Positions 56,501 to 64,000 of a DNA stretch of 64,000 nt are shown here, piece after piece. A model generated the notes under the pieces. That model ran no database searches, was not told the origin of the DNA, and worked only from the letters and a program-made list of their open reading frames with translations. Position numbers and translations under genes: made by a program. Each line of letters opens with the position of its first letter. The first letter of the stretch is position 1. The DNA lies in assembly GCA_965219455.1 (NCBI GenBank), contig OZ244744.1, positions 2,336,001-2,400,000 of the forward strand, written 5' to 3'. The stretch is from Candidatus Latescibacterota bacterium. GTDB taxonomy: Bacteria > Latescibacterota > UBA2968 > GCA-2709665.

Positions 56501-58203
56501 TTCGTATTGTCCACCGGCCAGTTCACGAGTTCACCCGTGATCTCCAGACGAGGGTTGCCCGGGCCGAAACTCTGCTCGACAGCCGTGGCTCCGCCGCCGG
56601 TTTCGACATAGCGGACGGACAGCGAATCCAACGCCTCGTCGATGGTGAAGACCGGATCCCTGGTGGCCAGGTTGATGGTGCGCTCGTCGTCGTTGTCCAC
56701 GTCCCTGGGCGCGGTGGCGTCGGAGGGGAACAGATTGCCGATTTCCGGCGCTTTCTCGTCGTACCAGATGCCTTTAAGGTCCAATGAAGACGAGTTCCCA
56801 AGGCTGTCCCATACCTCAATCTTCAGGTCTCTCTTTACACCGCCCGCTTTGGCGTATTTCCACGGGAGGCTGAGCGTGGCCGTGGAATCGTTGCCGGTCG
56901 GCGCCCTATCTTCGTCGACGTCAGATGTGGTTACATCATCGATGGCGCCACTTCCGATACCGTGCGTGCTGTCGCCATAGGTGATCCTGATTGAGTCCGG
57001 AACTTCGCTGACTTCAAACTCGAGCGGCTTCAACCTGCGGTCGGTCTGAACATCCTGCGCCTCCCCGGGCAGGGTGTAATAACCCCGCAGCGTCTGCGTG
57101 GCGGCCGCCGAGATCCGGTCTTCCATGCGATCCGGATGGGGGTAGATGATCTTAATTTCGGGCGAGGTTGCGTCCGCGATCCACTCGACACCATCGGGAT
57201 CGAATACGTCGGGAAGTCCTTGCGGGGCGCTGACGGCTGAAGCCGTTCGAGCACCCATTGAGGCGCCGCCCAGGTTGCCGGCGGCATCCACGAGATAGGC
57301 TTCGACCCGTACCCGCCGGTTATCGGCAAAATCGCCCTCCTCAACTTTCTTCGAATCCCGCAGATTCGCACTGTATAGCTTGTCCCGGCGAAGCTCATAG
57401 AGAACCGGCGCCGTGGAAAATGCCGAGTCTGGCTCCACAATACCGACCCGGATGCCGTTTGCTCCTGCATTTAACACACGGCCCGTGTTCAAACCGAGTC
57501 TGATGGTAATTTCATCTCCACTCCTGATCCTCACCCGCTCGATCAGCCCCGCCCGGGTTGTATCGACACCCAGGTTCTCCGTTTCAACGGAGAAGGTTTC
57601 GAATACGTTGGCGTTGCCCGGGCGATTGGCATCGATGCCGAACCGCACCCCGTCGCCGACCCTGCTGGCGCCGAAGCCCGAGGAACCGGGGGTGATCTTC
57701 TTGTTCGTCATCAGGTTGTTCAACTCGTTCCCAGCCGTGGCCGCGTCGAGGTCGACCACAACTTTCACCGCACGGCTGTTTTCCGACTCGAAGGCTGTGC
57801 CCTGCGCCGCGACGGTTATGGAAACCTTGAACGTGTCGATGCCCGACGACTCGCCGTCGCCAAAATCGACTTCGCGTGGGACATTGCCGGGATTGGGCAC
57901 ATATATGTTGTAATAAACAAACCCATCGGCGGCGGCGGACCCACCGGCAGTGGTACCGACGTCGTCGTCGTCGAGCGTTGAATCGACGACCGACACCCGG
58001 AAACCGCCGTTGAGGAGACCGTCGAAAGCCAGGATGCGAATCTCGATCCTGTCGTCGATTTTGACCCACTCGTTTGCAGCCGGTTCGTCGACGCGAATCA
58101 TAATACCCCGCGTGCGGGCGACTTCCTGAGAGGACGCGACGCCAACAACGCCAACAGACAGCAAAAACGCCAAACCCAGACTTGAAAACGTTCGAACCTG
58201 CAT
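53509..58203 (-). CDS. Large secreted surface protein, full-length paralog of 46232-50938
   Basis: Same architecture and shared motifs (GDG.RFGID, LVD.AGNL, DYMG..GDQGG, PALDNVSTNW, dockerin, cohesin, CTD). GGGAGG RBS. Confidence 0.88.
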   Translation of the reverse strand: MQVRTFSSLGLAFLLSVGVVGVASSQEVARTRGIMIRVDEPAANEWVKIDDRIEIRILAFDGLLNGGFRVSVVDSTLDDDDVGTTAGGSAAADGFVYYNIYVPNPGNVPREVDFGDGESSGIDTFKVSITVAAQGTAFESENSRAVKVVVDLDAATAGNELNNLMTNKKITPGSSGFGASRVGDGVRFGIDANRPGNANVFETFSVETENLGVDTTRAGLIERVRIRSGDEITIRLGLNTGRVLNAGANGIRVGIVEPDSAFSTAPVLYELRRDKLYSANLRDSKKVEEGDFADNRRVRVEAYLVDAAGNLGGASMGARTASAVSAPQGLPDVFDPDGVEWIADATSPEIKIIYPHPDRMEDRISAAATQTLRGYYTLPGEAQDVQTDRRLKPLEFEVSEVPDSIRITYGDSTHGIGSGAIDDVTTSDVDEDRAPTGNDSTATLSLPWKYAKAGGVKRDLKIEVWDSLGNSSSLDLKGIWYDEKAPEIGNLFPSDATAPRDVDNDDERTINLATRDPVFTIDEALDSLSVRYVETGGGATAVEQSFGPGNPRLEITGELVNWPVDNTNFVERSRYDLQILAIDLAGNASVTDGGTLTFTRGFLNPNADVFKIVDMPDQKAVAVTGLDFSMRISVLDTMLTRIEEADVRAVTYHQVASLGVIVSGDQADALAGVSFSGTGVSDAPDSTLPAGLTAAGMVAKAAVLDSEGWHAGQRDVRFKSSKPLSNVTVMAAQGFKDPVTGSYALKTVGQLDVPVDVSASELSQFVVTAIEGRASSGNVVGGFTVRVVPTDEFGNPSMKIDATPDSRVYEWVAVTFASNNAAVTVPFGRQEVAAGGTDFGAVAADVDGSAVVSVRTIREDFITDADNHFAAADGTDSDDATGALSGRVTVSFAPEGGPVPDPGAPAAPANIVVRDYMGADGQGDQGGLVMINFPYSAQHDAVVAYQIHREINRTTRLDEEGNVIELEVAMKEWVPWASISFGADDLGGNVKGGMQNAVIPALDNVSTNWGVVSVGKAGTADRTAAGKRVFTVESVRQTLGLPGMAPDAVPTDEEPADRFNAPQDDVKSIIGDRKNLIFVPVNPDVGVLMGSASAPANVRTAAGNFLLSDRTVTEAPVAAADNIAPAAVTAASGDGAGGVVLRWTPSADDRIVSYIPFTIYNYEDSNIPIPGVKGYTVMRGAAADDLEEIATLPPGSKQFKDDNVPDGATALVYRIDAYDDNNVAMSDLITVDNISLRVTFVDANGDPVYLVMLPAQGGDLEVDFEDFVAFAMAFNSQKGDANYNPQADVNDDGAVDFLDFVAAAASFGRTAVVPAGSKLAIAPQRPGVNPHTEMTLEPAGETVRVDETISLSVSMANARELTGFGMELTYDAGKFEFVSAVPAENDLLKSRGGETPLFGNWPEEGGVSVVNAIVNGGSVSGEGELVTFTFKVLREFEDNARFEIAQGVVFDPEQLSNPVVSLGALSLRSTPTAFALHQNYPNPFNPQTSIPYDLAEGGDVVLRVYNLLGQEVRTLVRERQPAGRYNVLWSGMDDRGVVVSSGIYFYQVSVAGKFQGARRLMLLK

Positions 58204-58280
58204 CACCAACCTCCCTGTGAATCAGACCGCTCCGATAAACCTGCCTTGCGACGATGAAACCACCATCGGTGGCAAGGAGC

Positions 58281-58295
58281 GCAAAAAGCATGCCA
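58281..58295 (-). promoter_or_regulatory. Sigma54 (-24/-12) promoter
   Basis: Minus strand TGGCATG-CTTT-TTGC with exact spacing, ~78 bp upstream of ATG 58203. Confidence 0.7.
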
Positions 58296-58554
58296 GCACG
58301 AAGCAGAATGCTGGATGCGGCGCTGCAGGCAAGACGGCAGTTGCGGGAGCGCGGGCCGGGGCAACCAAATGGGGTTGACGCTGAGGTTGCAGAAGCTATT
58401 GGAGGGGCTTTGAAGGGCTTTGCAGCGCGACATACGGACAGAAACGCTACAGGACAAACAGATGATGCCTCAGCCTTTAGAGGGATTCAAGGCGTGAGGC
58501 ATCGGGCGGTGAAATACTCGGAAGGATTGAAATTTTCTTTCACGTACGTGAAAG

Positions 58555-59380
58555 AAATCAGCTATCAGCGGTCAGGAAAAACAGCTATCAGCGGTCAGCC
58601 GTTAGCTGTCAGCTTGAAGCAAAACCAAAAGGCGGGACCTCTCCCCCCGGCCCCCTCGGACAGAGCTATCAGCGGTCAGCCGTTAGCTGTCAGCTAAAAA
58701 CGAAAAGCAAAACGCAGATTGCCATACGGCCTGGCGATATCGATTCGCGGATGCCTGGTTTTTTGTAGGGGCGACCGGCCGGTCGCCCTTGTTTCGGGAA
58801 AACAGCAGTCAGCAGGGAAAACGACAATCAGCTCACACAAAGGCACAAAGGGAAAGGCAGCGGTCAGTTAGAAGGAAAAGGCAAATTCAACATTCACATC
58901 TCCCCATATTCCCTGCCTGCGGCGCGTTCCTTTTGACACGACCAAAAGGAACCAAAAGTCGCCGCTAGGCGCGGGGCCGTCCATATGCATAGCGCGAATT
59001 GCCTCACGGGTTGCACATGATCCTCTGCCCTGCCAACCACGGAGGAACATCGGTCCTCCGCGCTGGACGGAAACGCACGCTCTGCTCTGAGAGTCCTCTC
59101 GAAAGGCAATTCGAGCGTATCTACATTGGTTTTCCGTTTGCGAGGAGCTGTCACCTAAAACCGGTTTGCCATACGGCCTGGCGATGTCAATTCGCGGATG
59201 CCTGGTTTTCGTAGGGGCGACCGGCCGGTCGCCCTTGTTTCGGGAAAACAGCAGTCAGCAGGGAAAACGACAATCAGCTCACACAAAGGCACAAAGGGAA
59301 AGGCAGCGGCGGAGACCGCTCCCCCCGGCCCCAAGGCCCTCACCCCCCGGCCCCCTCGCCCACGGGGAGAGGGGGAGGAG
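58555..59380. repeat. Mosaic repeat region including element B3 (58898-59137)
   Basis: Long similarity to 52636-53305; internal ~145-bp duplication (about 58720-58862 versus 59166-59308). Confidence 0.85.
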
Positions 59381-59519
59381 AACGAAGTGTTTTTTTGCGT
59401 GAATGAGAAAAAGGGCGCAAATGAAGAAAAAACAAAAATAAAGGAGGAAAAACGTCTCGTGGGCCTGGAACAAGACCCACCATTCGTCTTTCCCCATTGT
59501 CTTTGTATGCCGGTGTGAG

Positions 59520-59963
59520 CTATTCCTTGACCACCCAAACCTTCACGGTGGCGCGTACCTCGGCGTGGAGCCGGACGGACACGTCGTAGACCCCGAGCGC
59601 GCGGATGGGCTCCTCGAGTTCGATCCACCGCCTGTCGATCTCGAAGCCCTGCTCCACGAGTTGATCGGAAATGTGCTGCGCGGTCACGGAGCCGAAGATC
59701 TGGTCTTCCTTGCCCACGGCCACGGGAATGGAGCAGGATGCCTTCTCCAGCTTCCGCGAAAGGGCCACGCCCTCACGCTGCGAGCGGGTGTTCCGGGCCT
59801 CCTTCTGGCGCTTGAGTTCTTCGTAGACGTTCATGTTTCCCTTGCTGGCAGCGAGGGCCAGTTTCCGGGGGATGAGGTAGTTCCGGGCGTAGCCGTCCTT
59901 GACGACGACAACGGAGCCGGCCTCGCCAAGGTTTTCGTGACCTTCGGTCAATATAACCTTCAT
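59520..59963 (-). CDS. rplI: 50S ribosomal protein L9
   Basis: MKVIL....NLG..G.VV.VKDGYARNYLIP and IFGSVT motifs. Confidence 0.97.
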   Translation of the reverse strand: MKVILTEGHENLGEAGSVVVVKDGYARNYLIPRKLALAASKGNMNVYEELKRQKEARNTRSQREGVALSRKLEKASCSIPVAVGKEDQIFGSVTAQHISDQLVEQGFEIDRRWIELEEPIRALGVYDVSVRLHAEVRATVKVWVVKE

Positions 59964-60279
59964 GGTGGTTCCCTTTCGTTCGGAGCGGTGGCTACGTGGC
60001 CTTATACAATAATATATGAAGAACAGCTATCAGTAGTCAGCGATCAGCCGTCAGCTTGAAGCAAAAGGCGAAAACCTAATTCAACATCTACTTCTCCCCA
60101 AATTCCCTGCCTTCGGCGAGAATAGCGATCAGCTTGAAACGAGAAGCTAAAAGCGAAAACCAATAAACATAAAGCTGGAAAAACGATAATCAACTCACAC
60201 AAAGACACAAAGGGAAAAGCAGCTATCAGCGGTCAGCCATCCGCTTGAAGCAAAAGGCGAAAACCAAATTCAACATCTA

Positions 60280-60895
60280 CTTCTCCCCAATTTCCCTGCC
60301 TTCGGCGAGTTCCTTTTGACGCGACCAAAAGGAACCAAAAGTCGCCGCTAGGCGCGGGGCCGTCGATATGCATAGCGCGAATTGCCGCACGGGATGCACA
60401 GGATCCTCTGCCCTGCCAGCAACGGTGGAACAAGAGGTCCTCGGCGCTGAACGGAACCGCGCGCTCTGCTCTGGTAGCCCTTTGGTCAGGTTTCGCCTCC
60501 ATCGATCCAATGGTTACCGGATTAAAAGGGCAGCCATCAGCTATCAGCTTGAAACGAGAAGCAAAAAGCGAAAACCAATAAACATAAAGCTGGAAAAACG
60601 ATAATCAACTCACACAAAGACACAAAGGGAAAAGCAGCAATTGCTGAAAGTGCGGTACGACGCCAAACCACGTGGCGGTCCTATCCGATCAATTTCTCAC
60701 CCGAACGGTGGAGAATTTGGGGGGTTTTGCCGCGTCGATCCATTCAGCAATGTCGTGTGGCCTATCATCCTCAATCCGCAGGGCACAAGTGCTTGTTTCT
60801 TCCCCTGAGGCGATTCGCGGAAAAACCGGCCCCGTGCCGAACGGCGCGGTTCTTTTTGGTCCTTTTTCTTACGCGAATAAGAAAAAGGACGTAAA
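60280..60895. repeat. Tail-to-tail pair B4 (+, 60280-60521) and A5 (-, 60653-60895)
   Basis: Homology to A1/B1. Confidence 0.85.
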
Positions 60896-61065
60896 AATAA
60901 AAAAAACAATAAGAAAGTAGGAAAATGACCTTACAGACCCGGAGCGCGACCCATTATTCGCCTTTCCCCGTTAGCTGCCTGTTAGCAAGAATCCGGATGC
61001 GGAAGTGTCATATGACAAAGTTACCGTCACCTCTTGCCTCTTGCTTCCAGCGTCTCCCCCCTCTA

Positions 61066-61287
61066 CTACATATTGTCTGCTGCAAAAGCCAACAGCGCGA
61101 TCTGGCGTGCGCGCTTGAGATGCCGGGTGACGGTGCGCTGGTGCCTGGCGCAGGTTCCCGACACGCGCCTGGGGATGATCTTGCCCCGTTCCGTAACGAA
61201 CCGCTGCATCATCCGCGCGTCCTTGTAGTCGATTGTCAACGCCTTATCTTCGCAAAATCTGCATACTTTCACGCTGGACCGGTTCAT
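61066..61287 (-). CDS. rpsR: 30S ribosomal protein S18
   Basis: CRFC, IDYKD, TERGKIIPRR.SG.C..HQR and KRAR.IALL motifs. Confidence 0.97.
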   Translation of the reverse strand: MNRSSVKVCRFCEDKALTIDYKDARMMQRFVTERGKIIPRRVSGTCARHQRTVTRHLKRARQIALLAFAADNM

Positions 61288-61658
61288 GCATCCTCCTTGT
61301 TTTCCGCGTCTGATTCCGTGTTCTCTTCCTCATCCTGTCCGTCTTCTTCTTCCGGTTCTTCCTCCACCGCGCTTTCGTCCAGAACCACCATGTGCCGCAA
61401 CACGGACTCGTCCAGTTTGAACATCCGGTCGACCTCGGGCAGGATCTCCGGCGGGGCCTCGAAGCGGACAAACGTGTAGTCGGCGCGCTGCTGTTTACCG
61501 ATTTCATAAGCCAGCTTGCGCGAGCCCAAGCGGACGACCTCTACCGACCTGCCGCCGCCTTCGGAAACGAGGCGATCGAAACGCGCGACGATGTTGTCCA
61601 CCGCGCCATCGGGCGCCTGCGTATTGACGATGACCGTGAGTTCGTAACGTCTTGACAT
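61284..61658 (-). CDS. rpsF: 30S ribosomal protein S6
   Basis: RRYELTVI, G.RKLAYEI and VLRHMVV motifs; acidic tail; overlaps the rpsR start. Confidence 0.95.
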   Translation of the reverse strand: MSRRYELTVIVNTQAPDGAVDNIVARFDRLVSEGGGRSVEVVRLGSRKLAYEIGKQQRADYTFVRFEAPPEILPEVDRMFKLDESVLRHMVVLDESAVEEEPEEEDGQDEEENTESDAENKEDA

Positions 61659-61720
61659 GGAACCTCCCCCTTGGACTATTGGCCCGGGAGCGACCCGACC
61701 GGGCGCCCGCGAGCGGGGTG
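61659..61720 (-). promoter_or_regulatory. Probable S6:S18 autoregulatory leader RNA
   Basis: Minus strand CCCCGCTC...GGGCCAATAGTCCAAGGGGGAGGT directly before rpsF; resembles the CCC-containing S6:S18-binding motif. Confidence 0.55.
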
Positions 61721-61902
61721 AATGGGAAACAGCAATCAGCAGTCAGGAAAAGCAGCTATCAGCGGTCAGCGATCAGCTTGAAGCAAAAGCGAGAATCAAA
61801 TTCAACATCCACTTCTCCCCAATTTCCCTGCCTTCGGCGGGAATAGCGATCAGCCGTCAGCGGTCAGCTTGAAGCAAAAGGCGAAAACCAAATTCAACAT
61901 CC

Positions 61903-62582
61903 ACTTCTCCCCAATTTCCCTGCCTTCGGCGAGTTCCTTTTGAAGCGACCAAAAGGAACCAAAAGTCGCCGCTAGGCGCGGGGCCTGCCATATGCATAGC
62001 GCGAATTGCCTCACGGGATGCACATGATACTCTGCCCTACGAACCACGGATGAACATCGGTACCCGGCGATGGACGGAACCGCGCGCTCTGCTTTGATCT
62101 CGCTCTGCAATGGCATCGCGTTTGAAACCTGCGTGGCTTTCTGATAGCAAGATGCAAGCAATCAGCAGTCAGCGGTCAGCTTGAAGCAAAAGCGAGAATC
62201 AAATTCATGACCTCTCCCCCCGGCCCCCTCTCCTAAAGGAAAGGGGGAGGGAAACCGAATATATATTTGGCGGGCAGCAGAAAAGACGAAAATCAGCTAT
62301 CAGTAGTCAGCCATCAGCAAACAGCAAAAATCTAAAACCGGTAACACCGCCAAACCGAGCGGTGGACCTTCCCTGTAAAACTCCCGCCCGTCCGGAGGTG
62401 GAGATGGGGCTTTTCCGCGCCAATCCGTCCATCGCCTGCGCCACGGAACTCTTGAAAAGCACTCAGGCCACGTACACCTTTCACCACCACCGGGGCGATT
62501 CGCGGAAAAGCAGCCCCGCGGCGTTTGAGCGGCGCCGTTCTTTTTGGTCCTTTTTCTTGGCGTACAAGAAAAAGGACGTAAA
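61903..62582. repeat. Tail-to-tail pair B5 (+, 61903-62144) and A6 (-, 62337-62582)
   Basis: Homology to A1/B1. Confidence 0.85.
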
Positions 62583-62709
62583 AAAATAAATATATGACAA
62601 AGAACGAAAGGGAAATGGCCTCACAGACCCGGAGCACAACCCACCATTCGCCTTTACCCGTGTATTTTTTCGCCTCCGACAGGTTGCACCAACAATTCCC
62701 CCGACGAAG

Positions 62710-64000
62710 TCAATCAATCAACAGAGGGGCCAGGACGAGCGAGACGACGGACATGAGTTTGATCAATATGTTCAGCGAAGGGCCGGAGGTGTCCTTCAAC
62801 GGATCCCCCACGGTGTCGCCGACCACCGAGGCCTTGTGGGCGTCGGACCCCTTGCCGCCGAAGTGGCCCTCCTCGATATGTTTCTTGCCGTTGTCCAGGA
62901 CGCCGCCGCTGTTGGCCATCATCAGCGCCATGAGCATACCGCTCAACAGGGCGCCGGCCAGCATGCCTCCGAGCGCCTCTTTGCCAAGAATGAATCCGAC
63001 CAGCACGGGCGTGAGTACGGCAACCAACCCGGGCGGCACCATTTCCCGCAGCGCCGCGACCGTACTGATGTCCACGCAGCGCCGGGTATCGGGCTTGCCG
63101 GTGCCTTCCATCAATCCCGGAATCTCCCGGAACTGCCGCCGGACCTCTTCCACCATCAGGAAGGCCGCCCGACCGACCGAGGTCATGGTCTGGGCGGCGA
63201 CAAGGAACGGGATGGAACCGCCGATGAACAGGCCGATCACCACCATCGGCGAGGTGAGGTTGATTACCTCCAGCTTCACGGTCGAGGCGTAGGCCGAGAA
63301 GAGGGCCAGGGCCGTCAGGGCCGCCGAACCGATGGCGAAGCCCTTGCCGATGGCCGCCGTGGTATTGCCCAGCGCGTCCAGGCCGTCCGTGATCTTCCGG
63401 GTTTCGGGGCCAAGTTCCGCCATTTCGGAAATCCCGCCCGCGTTGTCGGCAATGGGGCCGTATGCGTCTACCGCCATGGTGATGCCCACCGTTGCCAGCA
63501 TCCCCACGGCCGCGATGCCGATGCCGTAAAGCCCGGCGAAATGATAGGCGAACCCGATGGCGGCGCAGATGCCCAGTACCGGCAGAAAGGTGCTCTGCAT
63601 GCCGATGGCCAGGCCCGAGATGATATTGGTGGCGGGCCCGGTTTCAGAGGCTTTGGCCACCTTGATCACCGGAGGGCCGCCGGTGTAATATTCGGTGAGA
63701 AGGCCAATCAGAATGCCGGTGAGGCCGCCCAGCAGGATCGCCCAGAACACACCTTCGGAGAGGCCCAAGCCGTCCACGGCGAAATAGCTTCCGGCGAACA
63801 TGACGCCCGCGGCCACGAAAGAGGCGTAGCGGAGGGCGGCCGCGGGATTGAAACGCTGCAGGACCGGCATCGCCAGCATGCCGATGAGGGACGCCACCAG
63901 GCCGATTGTGGCCACGATGAGTGGCAGTTGCATGGCCGTCAGCTTCACGGCCGCGTCGTCATACACGGAACTGCCGGCCAGCGTGGCCATCAGCGCCGGC
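62710..64000 (-). CDS. hppA: Membrane-bound ion-translocating pyrophosphatase, K+-dependent type; 5' end outside window
   Basis: [34 protein letters not shown] (Ala at the K+-dependence position) and [21 protein letters not shown] motifs. Confidence 0.96.
   Translation of the reverse strand, partial: PALMATLAGSSVYDDAAVKLTAMQLPLIVATIGLVASLIGMLAMPVLQRFNPAAALRYASFVAAGVMFAGSYFAVDGLGLSEGVFWAILLGGLTGILIGLLTEYYTGGPPVIKVAKASETGPATNIISGLAIGMQSTFLPVLGICAAIGFAYHFAGLYGIGIAAVGMLATVGITMAVDAYGPIADNAGGISEMAELGPETRKITDGLDALGNTTAAIGKGFAIGSAALTALALFSAYASTVKLEVINLTSPMVVIGLFIGGSIPFLVAAQTMTSVGRAAFLMVEEVRRQFREIPGLMEGTGKPDTRRCVDISTVAALREMVPPGLVAVLTPVLVGFILGKEALGGMLAGALLSGMLMALMMANSGGVLDNGKKHIEEGHFGGKGSDAHKASVVGDTVGDPLKDTSGPSLNILIKLMSVVSLVLAPLLID

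Overview
GC-rich bacterial chromosome segment. The lineage is inferred only: the FlgD/T9SS-CTD-like secreted proteins with cohesin and dockerin domains, plus a UBact locus, fit a Latescibacterota-like or related candidate phylum. From left to right it holds an alanine/glycine:cation symporter (5' partial), a Gfo/Idh/MocA oxidoreductase, a UPF0182 protein, an SDR and a DUF2231 protein. Next come a beta-oxidation operon whose fadE carries an internal deletion, a TrmH methylase, a nicotinamidase-like hydrolase, msrAB and an SPL-like radical SAM gene with an SOS-like box. These are followed by an AAA_14/DUF4143 ATPase coupled to a 1365-aa NACHT-like NTPase-nuclease and a complete UBact-proteasome locus (arc-dop-ubact-prcB-prcA-pafA). 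Further right are a GxxExxY nuclease with a 49-bp tandem array, msrP bracketed by repeats and a nested MITE, four large secreted surface proteins (a tandem duplication, a repeat accordion, and sigma70- versus sigma54-driven paralogs), rplI/rpsR/rpsF and hppA (5' partial). The most unusual signal is non-coding: about 10 copies of a ~240-270-bp structured element in two subtypes, usually paired tail-to-tail. Its stems covary, and its hypervariable windows (14-15 nt and 26-28 nt) have almost fixed lengths between short conserved boxes. All family calls come from motif recognition by eye, not database searches.
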